64,000 bases of DNA. It comes from Mobula birostris (lineage: Eukaryota). The position numbers and the translations under genes were made by a program. The stretch lies in assembly GCF_030028105.1 (NCBI RefSeq), contig NC_092372.1, forward strand, positions 160,400,058 to 160,464,057. Direction: 5' to 3'. Under the pieces are notes generated by a model, which worked only from the letters and a program-made list of their open reading frames with translations, did no database searches and was not told the origin of the DNA. Of the stretch, positions 26,136 to 38,470 are shown in pieces (the stretch's first letter is position 1; every line of letters begins with the position of its first letter).

Positions 26136-26707
26136 AGTCCTAAAAAGGAAACCAATAGTGGGATACTAAAGACCATGAAAACTTCAAGCACATTGTCCAT
26201 TCTAACTGTCTGGCATTTGAAAGCTGGAATTGAAACTCAATAATAATATTTTATCATTGCAGTCATTGAATATGGCTCAGTTGTTTCTGCCTGTACTCAT
26301 TCTACTTGGGATTTACACCAAAGATGTCCTGTAATATAAAAGAGTCATCAATCTCACATTATAATATTGAAAAATTAGTTCTCCATTGCGACATATCATT
26401 TCTGTGCTTCCTTGCATTTAGGGAACAAAAGGTGCAACTGTTTTATTAGTTAATGTTCCAGTGCCTCACAACTCGTTCAATAACTTGTAGGCTAACTGCT
26501 CACCTTGGTTCCAGTTGTAGGTACAAGCCCAACTGCTCCCATGTAAGTGCTGCCAATTGTTTTGATTTTCTCTATATCCTTGTAGCAATCTTTGTCCATT
26601 AGCTGCAGTACCAAAAGAAAGACGTAAACTAAATTTATGAGCAAATGCAGTGTTCAAATGTTTTTTAAAATTAATGCATATTATGACTAATAAAGAATTA
26701 AATGTAC

Positions 26708-26854
26708 CTCATCGAAGTCAGCTATTATTTCATTCAAAAGGCGTAAACATTCAACTCCCATGTTATTACCATCTAGTTCAATATAAAAGTCATTAAAATT
26801 GGGAATTGAGGCAAACATCACACCCACTTGTGAATATGACTGGTAGTAGAGATC
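26708..26854 (-). CDS. ADCY1: ADCY1 coding exon ([20 protein letters not shown]...[17 protein letters not shown]; start of catalytic C2a)
   Basis: 147 bp; acceptor ttcattgcag, donor gtacat, phase 0 to 0; VMFASI and [14 protein letters not shown] class III cyclase motifs. The next expected exon (IKTIGSTYMAA) was not found in 1-26707. Confidence 0.97.
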
Positions 26855-28964
26855 CTGCAATGAACAACATGTAGAGGTTAAGTGCAACATCACAGAAAAA
26901 TAGCTGAGGGAATAACATGTGTATCCCCTACTGATCAGATTAAGAGCACATTAAGATTGTCACAGATCTAATTTTATCTTTGAGTCTTTAATGGTCAATT
27001 AAGAACCAAGCTGTGTGCAATTCCTGCCTATTACTCTTTGGTCCTAAGGCAATTGCCAACTAAATATATTTTGAACTGTTGATTCTTCCATGATTAATTG
27101 AGAACTACCCTATATCAGCAACAGAAGGCAATATTCCTTTGGGCCTGGTCACATCTATCTACAACCTGTCATCTGCCTTGTGGTTAGGGCTGCAACATTC
27201 ATCACTGGAGGGGCATCTGCAACCTTGCTAAATGTGGACAAGTTGCTGCAGGCCAACCAATGGCATACATCATGCCACTCATAATTATTGGAATGTGATT
27301 TACCTTCATGTAACCCAAGTTAATTAAACGCAAAGATGTTATGTTAGAAAGCTTCACCTGTGGAGGGAAGCTTTACCATTTTTTTCAAAAAAGAGAACTT
27401 GGGGTAAAAAAGCTACGTGAGAGTGAGGTGTGGCTGACGGACGTGGCGAACAAGTGAGAAAAACACATCAATCTAATAGAAACTAAATATGTAACCTGTT
27501 TAAAAAAGTGGAATTAGTAGTATCTCTATCCTACTTGAACACTGCAGGGTGGCACGATATCAATAAAAGATCTATTGAAGTTACAGCTGTAACAAGCAGC
27601 AGAGACGAGTGTCCAAGATCTCTACTGTATAACCAGGAATTAGATCTGTTAAATCATACCAGGGGATTTGGTCAGTTAAAATTTTTACTGTTCCGAGTGT
27701 TTAATTTGTGTGTGAAATATGTTCAGTGGGGTTGTAACAGAAATGTTTGGAAGTGACAGTGTAATATTGAGTTATATTGAAATAGACATCAGAACGTGTA
27801 TAAAAACTTATGGATTGTAATCCTGTTTTATACAGCTCAGGTTTTTTCTTTGTGTATGTTTGTCAATCAACTTTTCCTAGATGATCAACTATTTCATCCC
27901 ACAAACCAAGAAACAAGATAGTGAGCTACCCAAGATGGGAAAAACCAGTGCAGGAATGAAATGTTTAATAACGTAGAGGATTTAATACGGTTGAATGTTT
28001 AAGCTTATTTTCATTCAAAGGATCTGAATTTGACTTTCTGGAAGACTTTGATGAGTTACTGAATGAGATTTACTTTGTTTAAAAGTTGTAATGTTAGAGA
28101 ATTGTCCTGAAAGGTATAAAGCTGTATATATATAATTTTTGAATTTGAATTTATAGACATACTGACTGGAACTGAAACTGAAGTTAACCATAATACTTAA
28201 GAATAGGAATTTAATTAGTTTCTAACTAATTAGGAATAAATTAGTCTGTAAAGCTTTAAATAGAGAATAAGACTAGATCTAATTAGTTAGAGAAATTGGA
28301 GTAATAAAGGTTATTCTAGTGAATCTCACTGATTCTAACTGAAAAGGAACATGGTTTTAGTTTGATATCTGCAATTTGGAACCTAAACAGAATGTTGGAA
28401 TTTTGAATTGTTCTTACTCTTATAAATATTTTGTATATATTGCTTTTTTATAAGCAAAACCTACCTCCTGAAGTGTGTGTTTTCTATTCACTGTCTTCTG
28501 ATACCGAGAGTTTCTGATGGCCTACTAGCACCTAGTTCGTAGTGCTATGTAATTTGATTTTTTTTTTCTTAAAGTGTGCAGCGACCAGTCACACAAGATA
28601 AGACCAGCATTACACAAGTGTTACACTCAGCATTGCCGAAGATGTTCCATCCTTTGATTCACATGTGATTGACATGGAATCCTCGGTGACTTCTCTCAGC
28701 AATGTTTCCTTGGGTTGGGACTGGTCTTAAATCCACATGCACAGTCCAAGAAAGGTCTCAGAGAAACATCACTGGAGTTTCCATGTCAATCAACTGGAAG
28801 GCGGTAGATATCAGACAACTTATAAGCATATTTTAAAAAGTTATTAGGGACAAACCTTATTTTCATTTAACTTCTTAGCAAAAATACCATTGCATTTTTG
28901 GTGCAACCAACCACACGAGTCCAGCCTAGCCTTGGCCAGTGACCGTGGAGATGGTCTGAGTATG

Positions 28965-29140
28965 GTCCTGAGCAGGTTCGATGTTGTCGTTTAAAGTTAA
29001 ATTGGATAGATATATGGACAGGAAAGGAATGGAGGGTTATGGGCTGAGTGCAGGTCAGTGGGATTAGGTGAGAGTAAGAGTTCGGCACGGACTAGAAGGG
29101 CCAAGATGGCCTGTTTCTGTGCTGTAATTGTTATATGGCA
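28965..29140 (+). mobile_element. CR1 3' terminal fragment
   Basis: ttggatagatatatgga...gaagggccaagatggcctgtttctgtgctgta. Confidence 0.7.
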
Positions 29141-30074
29141 TTAGAGGCCAGTGCAGTACCCAGGAAATTCCAGCTCCTAGCGGTGTAGCAAGGAAGTGGC
29201 TTTGCCAGAGAACAGGTGTCTAGACAGTACCTGGATCAACAGTCAGCAAGCCTTTCCTCCAAGCCATTAACCTTCTAACTAGAAGTGAAATCTGCTGGGA
29301 TCCTTTGACACAGCTGAATGGCCAAGGCCTCTAACTGAATGGAATTTACACCAACTGATTGAAGTTAGAACAGGGGATAAATGACAGGTTAGGCTTGGGT
29401 GTGGTTGGCTTGGCCAAAGAAAATGCAATGGCATGTTGGATAAATAGTTAAGTGACATTAAGACTTGTCTATGATGTTTTAAAAATATTCCAGTTGATTG
29501 ACATAGAAACCCAAGTGACATTTATCTGTAAAGACTTCTGGTGGATAGGTAAATATTAAAACAGTATTTATGCCAGTAACAGTTGATTGTTGAGTCAGAT
29601 TATCTGATACCTTGCCTTTAAATTCCCTCACCAATTCTCCCAATAAGGAAGACAGTGGGTTGGTGTGGTACGGTTACAGCAATGAGCCACAAGAGGGCCT
29701 CAGAGTTACAGCAATGCTGCAGATAACAGCCAGAGGCTTTAATTGTTCAGTAGCGTTCCATTTATAAAATAAACTCCAGCAAACAGCTCAACAAAGTGCT
29801 TTCTATTTTAAGCTCTACTGTTGACAATGTAACTGTACAGTCCTTTCAAAAAAAAAGAGAAAAGGATAAACTAGGAATTATAGGCCAGTCAGGCCACTGT
29901 CACTGGTGGAGAAATAAATTGGGAAACAGCCTTGAAATTTGATTCTGCCACACATCTATTCCTGGGCTTGGTGATTGAATAGAGGAAGATGGAATAATAA
30001 TTATTTCTGGTTGTTTTGGAAATTCAACATGAACACTACCTGATGGGGAATATATTTTGACATTGTTCCCTGAA

Positions 30075-31060
30075 TGATATTTCCCTGCTCTACTCGCCTT
30101 ACTCCTATGACTGTGTGACTAAATACAGCTCCAACACCATATACAAGTTTGCTGACAACGCCACTGTTGTGGGCCGCATCAAAGGTGGTGATAGAAACAG
30201 GATGCAGGAGGGGGAATGAAAGCTTGGCTGAGCTGTGTAATAACAACAACCTCTCACTCAATGTCAATAAGACCAAGGAACTGATTGTAGACCTCAGGAG
30301 AGGGAAACCAGAAGTCCATGAGCCAGTACTCATCAGAGAATCAGAGGTGAAGAGAGCCATAATTTTAAATTCCTGGGGTGTCACTATCTCAGGGGACCAG
30401 TCCTAGACCCATAGTATAAATATGATTGCAAAGAAAGCACAACAATGCCTCTAATTCCTCAGGAGTCTGCAAAGAGTTGGCAAGTTTCAAAAACCTTGGC
30501 AAACTTTCATAGATGGGTGGTGGAAAGCGTGCTGACTGGCTCTATTACAGTCTGGTATGGGAACACCAATGCCTTTGAGTGGGAAATCCTACAAAAAGTA
30601 GTAGATTCGGTTCAGTACATCATGGGTAAAACCCTCCCAACCATTGAGCCCATCTACATGAAACATTGCCGTAGAAAAGCAGCATCCATCATCACTCAGG
30701 CCATTCTCTTTTCTTGCTGCTGCTATCAGATGGAAGGTACAGGTGCTTCAGGACTTGCACCACCAGTTTCAAGAACAGTTACTACCCCTCAACCATCAGG
30801 CTCCTGAACAAAAGGGTAATATCTACACTCATTCTGTTTCTGGTGTTCCCACAACCAATGGCCTCACATTAAGGACTTTTTATCTTGTTATTTATAGCTA
30901 TTTACTTATCTTTGCATTTGCACAATTTATTGTCTATTGATCCTGTTTACAGTTACTGTTCTATACATTTGCTAGTTATACCCACAGGAAAAAGAATTTC
31001 AGAGTTGTATATGGTGACAAGTATGTACAATAATAATAACTTTTACTTTTAAATTTGATA
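30075..31060 (+). mobile_element. Rex1/Babar-like (L2-group) LINE 3' part
   Basis: RT remnant YKFAD.., NNLSLNVNKTKELIVD, VESVLTGSITVWYG; 3' tail aagaatttcagagttgtatatggtgac. Confidence 0.8.
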
Positions 31061-31734
31061 TTTCTTCTGGAGTGTATTGGGAGAAACTAAATCACCTTAT
31101 CGATAGAATTACCAATTTTAATTACCAGAGCAACCACTGCCTGGAAGTTTGCCCCATTTCTATTTAAAAAAGGTTTAATGAGTGAATTCAAGGAACTGCA
31201 TCGACGCCCATGAGAAATGGCACCCATTGTGAATCACATTCATGCTCCATCTGCCTTTGCATGGAGAGAAAATAACAGCAGTTATGTGCACAGTTAATGA
31301 TATCCTCATGTACCAATGATACAGGATTAACACTAAGAATTTGGCTTTTTGGGTTCAAATTTCTACTTTCAAGGAAGTTCATTGTACTTTAACACAAGTT
31401 CAGTGCAGTTGAGCAACCACTATCAGGAATTATGGTGGGCTGCTCACACACCACCTGAACCCTGAAGCACACAGTCAGTGACCTTTCCTGTATCTGGTAG
31501 ATGAACTGGCTACCTTATCCTTTCCCTGGTGTAGGTGAGTGACAGGAGAACTAAAGGTAGTTGATGGAGATGTGGCTACAAAGAAGAGCTTATTGGAAAA
31601 TAACCGGGGGAATGGGATGCATGGGATCCATCTGAGACTGGAATAAAGTTGACAGGTCAAATGGCTCCATACTATGTTATCAAGGAATGTAAACTTGTAA
31701 CAGCTCCAACACTCATGCAACGGATCTCAGGTTA

Positions 31735-32105
31735 AACACCAATGAGAGGTGTGCAAGATGTTAAAGGACATTGACAGAATGTCTGGCCAGTATCTTAACC
31801 CCAGGGTAGAAATGGCTAACATGAGAGGGCATAAATTGAAGGTGATTGTAGGAAAGTATGGTGGGGATATCAGAGGTTAAGATTTTTACAAGGGGATTGA
31901 GGGGTGCATGGAAGGTGTCCGGGGTGGTGCTGGAGCAATAAATACATTAGGGACATTTAACACTTAGACAGACACATGTTTGAACAAAAAAGTGGGAGCT
32001 ATGTGGAAGGGAAGCATTACGGTTGATCTTGGAGTAGGTTAAAAAGTCACAGAGCATCATGGGCTAAAGTACCTGTACTGTGCTGTAGTGTTCTATGTTC
32101 TATGA
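31735..32105 (+). mobile_element. CR1 3' fragment
   Basis: Ends cctgtactgtgctgtagtgttctatgttctatg. Confidence 0.75.
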
Positions 32106-32684
32106 GAGTTATCTTTTATTGACGATGCTGATATGATTGTGATTGAACTATCCACACAAATTTCTGGAGGAGCTCAGGAGGTCAGGCATTACCTCTGGAG
32201 GGAAATAAACAGGTGACATTTTGGCCCAAGACCCTACCATGGTTGCTGTATTCCTCCATCATTTTGTTTGTGTTGCTCAACACTTCCAACATCTGCAACA
32301 TCTCCTGTCTATGATGGCGATAGGCTGCGCGATCTGGGTGGGGGTTTTATTCCTGGAGGTACTCTTATCTTCAAAGGAGAATATATTCCAGAACGTCATC
32401 AGACCCCTAGGCAGAATGCTCAAAAGGTCAATGTCTTTAGAGGCTCAGTTTTTCATCAGCAGTCGAGGTAGAAATGTGTGACCCAATGAGGGAACACATG
32501 ATGATCATGCTCTCGTGCCTGGGCAGCCCTCCTCTTGAGGTCTCAGTCATCTGGAATATCAGACTCTTTAGTGCAGGATCATTCCAAGGGATCCCAGCAG
32601 ATCTCTGCTGCATCTCTCAGTTGTTTTCCACCAATGTATCAAGGAATCACGTGGGAAGATTCCTCACAAAGGGATGAATATACC

Positions 32685-34690
32685 TTTTCAAAGTTTAAGG
32701 TAAATTTTATCATCAAAGTACACATATGTTGCCATATACAATCCTGAGATTCATTTTCTTGTGGGCATACTCAGCAAATCTATTGAATAATAACCATACC
32801 AGAATCAACGAAATGCCACCCAAATAGGGCATTCAACCAGAGTGCAGAAGACAACAAATTGTGCAAATCCAATGATAATAAATATGCAATAAATATCGAG
32901 AACATGAAATGAATAGATTTTGAAAAAGAGTCCATTGCTTGTGAGAACATTTCAATGATGGGGCAAGTGAAGGTGAGTGAAGGCATTCCTGAACCTGGTA
33001 GTGTGAGTCCTGAGTCTCTTGTAGCTTCTTCCTGAAGGCGGCAGTGAGAAGAGTGTATGTCTTGGATGGAAGGGGTCCCTGATAATGGATGCTTCTTTCC
33101 TGTGACAACACTCCATGTAGATGTGCTCATTTATTGGGAGGGCTTTACCCATGATGGACTGAGCCACCTCCACTATTTTTTGTAGGATTTTCCATTCAAG
33201 GGCATTGGTGTTTCCATACCAGGCCGTTACGCAGCCAGTAAATATACTCTGCACTCCACATCTATAGATACTTGTCAAAGTTTTAGACAGCATGCTAAAT
33301 CTCTGCAAATTGCTAAGCAAGTAGAGGCACTGCTGTGCTTTTTTCATAATTGCACTTGCATGCTAGGCCCAGGACAGGTTCTTCAAAATAATAATACCCA
33401 GGAATTTTAAGTTGCTAACTCTCTCTGCCTCTGATTTCTGATGAGTATTGGCACATGGACCTCTGGATTCCTTCTCCTGAAGTCTATAATCATCTCTTGA
33501 TGCTGATGGTTATTGCTGATAGTCTTGCTGACATTGAGTACGAGGTTGTCGTTACGACACCACTCAGCCATGTCTTGCTGACATTGAGTACAAGGTTGTC
33601 GTTACGACACCACTCAGCCATGTCTTGCTGACATTGAGTACGAGGTTGTCGTTATGACACCACTCAGCCATATTTTTAATCTCCTTCCTGTATGTTGATT
33701 CATTATCACCTTTGATTCAGCCTACAACAGTGGTGTCATCAGCAAACTTGAATATGGCATCGGAGCCGTGCTTAGCCACACAGTCATAAGTGTAAAGCGA
33801 GTAGAGCAGGGTACTAAGCCTACAGAATTGTGGTGCACTTGTGCTAATTGAGATTTTGGAGGAGGTGTTGCTGCCAATCTGAATTGACTGGGCTCTGCAA
33901 GTGTGGAAATCCAGGATCCAATTGCACAAGGAGGTATTGAGGCCTAGGTCTTGGAGCTCATTAATTAGTTTTGAGGGGAAGTTGGTATTGAATGCTGAGC
34001 TGTAGTTGATAGAGAGCATCCTGATGTATACACCTTTGCTGTTGAGATGTTTTAGGGTTGAGTGAAGAGCCAATGAGATGGCATTTGCTGTTGTCCTGTT
34101 GCTCCATTAGACAAACTGGAGTGGATCTAGGCCATTTTTCAGGCACGAGTTGATACGTTTCATCACCAGCCTCTCAAAACACTTCATCACTGTGGATGTA
34201 GGTGTTACTGGGCAATAGTCATTGAGGAAGGTCACCACAGTCTTCTTGGGCACTGGTGTAATTGAAGCCTGCTTGAAGCAGATGACTACATCCGACAGCC
34301 AAAGCGGGAGGTTAAAGATCTCAGTGAACCACTAGCCAGTTGATCAGCACAGAGCCTTATTACAGATATCCTATCTGGGATGGATGCTTCTCGTGGGTTC
34401 ACCCTCCTGAAAGCTACTCACACATCAGCTTTAGAGATTGATCATGGAATCATCAGGGGGATGTGGGCATTTGTAATGGTTCCTCCATATTTTGATAGTC
34501 AAAGCGAGCATAGAAGGAATTGAGCTCATCTGGAAGTGAAGCCCTGCTGTGTTACTTGATTTAGCTTTATAAGAAGTGAAAGTATTCAAGCCCTGCCATA
34601 ACTGTCAAACATCCTTCATTGATTGAAGTTTGGTCCAGAATTGCTAATTTGCCCATGAAATGGCTTTAGTGCAGCAAACAGCCAGATCCT
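32685..34690 (-). mobile_element. Rex1/Babar-like LINE, degenerate 3' half
   Basis: RT motifs RMLSINYSSAFNT, LCNWILDF, FKFADDTTVVG (33717-34073); C-terminus KKAQQCLYLL...HTTRFRN; same 3' tail family as 30075-31060. Confidence 0.85.
33522..33671. repeat. Tandem triplication of a 50-bp unit inside the LINE
   Basis: gtcttgctgacattgagtacgaggttgtcgttacgacaccactcagccat x3; copies differ only at two CpG positions. Confidence 0.97.
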
Positions 34691-35604
34691 CCTAGTTTCT
34701 TCTGTAAGTAGCCCAGCACACCAACCAGCCTCATCCCCCACAGCGTGGACATCTCTCCTTGTTTTTATGGGGTTAAGTAGCATTCATAATTCAGTCTGGA
34801 TACATAATAAAACTCTCTCCCTTTCAGTTGGGCCCCATTAGCATTGCTGTTATACATATTGGCTGGAGAAGGGCCACTTGAGGGCCAATAATCTTGTGGG
34901 ATTGGTGCACAGCAAAATGTGTGCGGGTACACAAAATGTATTCATATACCTTGCAGGACAGTGAAACAGTGGCTCCCCTATTTTTGTCACACAAATCTGG
35001 ATGAAAAACACTGTATTTAAAAACTGCCATTTTGCCCAATTTCTCATGGATACACTATGGTTCTTAGTACTATATGCAGCAACTATTTAGTACACAAAGT
35101 CATTTGTTTTCATTTCACAGTAGCAGATGAGATCACCAGAGTAAGTTCCATATTTATGTTTAGTCCAGCCCCAAAAGTACCCTCCACCAAAATTTCTCAA
35201 ACCTTAACTACAGGTTGGCCCAGAACCCAACATCCTGAAAGCCTTATCATTCTGAGATCCTAACTTTCTGATGCCCAAGCTGCTAATGGTCTACCCAGTG
35301 GCCTTGACTTCAGACCATCTGAAGTCTAGATGTCTTGATGGTCTCAATTTCTTTAATGGCCACAACTCCCATTCCCCTCCCTTCTGTGGCTCAGTGAGGA
35401 TCCTGATCTCACCCACACTCCTTTTTCCTCCCCTACATATTGCTGATTTGTTTAGGCCATTAATTACTCTTCCTCAGACCTACCTTCCATCCTTCAATGT
35501 CCAATGACAGTCACAATGACCTAATGACGAAGTTGACTGAAAGCACCATCCAGACTCCAATGAACTACTGCATATCTTCACCCTGTCTCTAATGCACAAC
35601 CTCC

Positions 35605-36180
35605 TGGACTCAGACTCAAAGTACATAGCATATTTATTTTGGAAGTACATAAATGTAAGCACATATTATGTTGAGATTCATTTTCTTGCTGGCATTCACA
35701 ATAGAATAAAAAAAACAATAGAATCAATGGAAAACAGCACACAAAGATTGACAAATAACCAATGTGCAACAGAAGACAAATTGTGCAAATACAAAAAAAA
35801 ATTAAATAATACTGAGAATATGAGTTGCAGAGTCATTGAAAGTGAGTCTATAGGTTGTAGAATCAGTTCAGAGTGGAGGTGAGTGAGGTTAACCACGCTG
35901 GTTCAGGTGCCTGATTGTTGAAAGGTAATAAGTGTTCTTGAACTTGGTGGTGTTATACCTAAGGCTCTTGTGCCTCCTTCCTGACGGCAAAGCAAGAGGA
36001 GACCATGGCCTGGATGGTGGGGGACTTTGATAATGGATGCTGCTTTCTTTTGGCAGTACTCCTTGTAGATGCACACAATGGTGGGGAGGGCTTTCCCTGT
36101 GTTGGACTAGGCTGTATTCACCACTTTTTGTAGGCTTTTACATTCTTGGGCATTGGTGTTTTCATACCAGCCCATCATTC
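35605..36180 (-). mobile_element. Rex1/Babar-like LINE 3' fragment
   Basis: LPSGRRHKSLRYNTTKFKN remnant and the shared 3' tail. Confidence 0.78.
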
Positions 36181-36424
36181 CTGGATGTTTAATTTTACTT
36201 TATGGCCTTAACATAAAAAGTGAAGTCTTATACTTATTCGGAAGTGCCCGAGACAATGAATGCAACTGAAGTTCACAGGGCAAGGTCCTGCTTTGTAAAG
36301 GTCAGCAATGCACTGCATCATTACCAAGTTGCCTTCTGCCTATCCTAGCCCAATACCCAAAACAAAACTGGGTTAATAAAATGGCAAGCCACCCAGATCT
36401 GTTATAGAAAAATCCTGCCTGAGT

Positions 36425-36540
36425 CTTCCCCCTTCCTTACCAGTCCTGAACAAGGGTCTCAGCCCAAAATATTAACTGTTTATTCCTTTCCATAGATGCT
36501 TCCTGACCTGCTGAGTTCCTCCGGCATTTGGTGAGATTTG
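36425..36540 (+). repeat. Short PLE-terminus-like repeat with decayed hammerhead motif
   Basis: cagtcctgaacaagggtctcagcccaaaatattaactg...atagatgcttcctgacctgctgagttcctcc. Confidence 0.7.
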
Positions 36541-37627
36541 CTTCTGCTGGGTTAATTTCACTGATGTTTTTGATGATGTAGCAGAAAGTGTTGATGAAGA
36601 TAATGTGGTTACAGAGAACACGACTTTTCAAAAATAATCTGATAATTAGAATGTACAATCAGTGTGAGAAAAACTGAAACCTCCAAAATAAAAGTGTTAG
36701 AGGAGGCATAGATGCAAATTTGGTCAAGGGATAGAAAACAGAGAACATTTGGAATATAGCAGCAAACCAGAGGTGGTAAGGGTAGAGAGCCTGGTAAGAC
36801 AAGTAGACCCATGGAAGGTGCATCTCAATCTAAAAGTGAGGTTGTATACTTTGATGGAAAAGTGTGGCTTGTATTTATATGGCACCTTTCACAACCCCAA
36901 AATATCCCAAAGAATCTTGCAACAAATGTAAGTAAAACAGAACATGCCAGAAATATTCACCAGCTCTGATATATATGGAGGGAGGTAGAACTCTCTCTCG
37001 TTCTCTTTTCCACATATGCTGCTCAAATTGCTGAATATTTCCAGCATTTCCATTTAGTTTTGGATTTTCATCATCTGCAGTATTTTGCTATTGACATTGC
37101 TTTGAAGTCAAGTTCATTATCGAAGTATGTATCTGTTACCATATACTACCTTGTGATTCATTCTGAGTGCTGAAATAGAGGAAATAGAATAGCATTTCAA
37201 AAAGCTCTCCCAGCAAGTCATAACACCCAGGTAATCTGTTGGTAATGATGTTGTTTAAGGGCTGAATATTGGCAAGGCTGCCTCTTTATCCTTGAAATTG
37301 TCACAGGGGAACTTTCCTCTCTGCAATATTTGCTCCAAATTTACGACAGGGTCTCAGATGATACCTTTCTGTATTGCCAATTTATCATGCTTTCTAGTTG
37401 CACAGATGTTTGGGTCTTTTTACTTAAAATAATGTTCAAAATAAGGAACAGCTGCAGCATTCTCAAATACAACAATATTGTGATTCAGGTAAAGAGAACA
37501 CTACGTGCTCGCAGGTAACATTCTATCACAGTATTGTTCAGTGAAAAGAAATATTGCCTGCATTTTAAGGAACGATCATATTACTGAAGTGCCACATGAA
37601 TTTACTCCGTAATAAAATTTTTCTCAC

Positions 37628-37744
37628 CATATTCCGAGGATTGGACAACAGAAAATGTTGTGCGACATGTGCTGGCAGTAAATTAAAGAGAATCCGTTTG
37701 TTATCAAGCTTTACTCTTTCCATATCATCTCTCTCTTCTTCTGC
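37628..37744 (-). CDS. ADCY1: ADCY1 coding exon (AEEERDDMERVKLDNKRILFNLLPAHVAQHFLLSNPRNM; helical linker)
   Basis: 117 bp; acceptor ttctctttcag, donor gtgaga, phase 0 to 0; NLLPAHVA motif. Confidence 0.97.
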
Positions 37745-38204
37745 CTGAAAGAGAAAATGCAGTAAAAAAGCTGACAGCTCCATTAACTTTTAACAATGAG
37801 GTGAACAGTGAGACAAATATTGTGTAAAAGAAAGGAAGCCTTGTCTTTATTAGCTGACTTGTTTAATATGCTGCAAAAGATGTAGAATTTATCTGCATTA
37901 CATGAGCTCAGGGCTTCATCTGGGTTCCAAAGCTCCTCTCATCTAACTTTGGCAGAAACACCTTTTATACATATAAACTTGGCACTGATACCTGGATTAC
38001 AGAGGCAGAGTAGCGGTGGGTGGGTGGGGATGGGCAGGGTTGGGGAACTACAAAAAAATTCTGATGCATTTGTAACTGAGTGGGGCTTTTTAACCTCTTC
38101 TTCGACTGGGTTTAATCAAAAAATTGGTGTACCAAGTATTTTCATAATTCTTGTTTTCTGTATACAACTGTGAATGAAAACTTCTCAAATATCTGTCAAA
38201 AATG

Positions 38205-38470
38205 CACAGTAGCACAGCAGCTAGCATAACGCTACTACAGCGACGATGACTCAAGTTCAATTCCGTCACTGCCTGTAAGGAGTTTGTACGTTCCCGCCGA
38301 GATCGTGTTGTCTTCCTCCCAGTGCTCTGGTTTCCTCCCACGTACCAAAGACATGTGGGTTGATTGGCCACATGGGTGTAATTGGGTGGCACAGACTCAC
38401 CGGGCTCGAAGGGCCTGTTCTCGTGCTGTATTCATCAATCAATAAATCAATAAACAAATAACAAATGAAT
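38205..38470 (+). mobile_element. tRNA-derived V-SINE/HE1-like SINE
   Basis: B-box-like agttcaattcc; ggagtttgtacgttc...gtgctctggtttcctcccac; CR1-like 3' end gaagggcctgttc...gtgctgta. Confidence 0.75.

Noticed and set aside
32310-32680. Unassigned GC-richer segment with short ORFs
   Set aside because: No recognisable protein motif or splice context; probably an unidentified repeat fragment.
33522-33671. Regularly spaced repeats resembling a CRISPR array
   Set aside because: No unique spacers; it is a head-to-tail triplication of LINE sequence in a eukaryotic intron.
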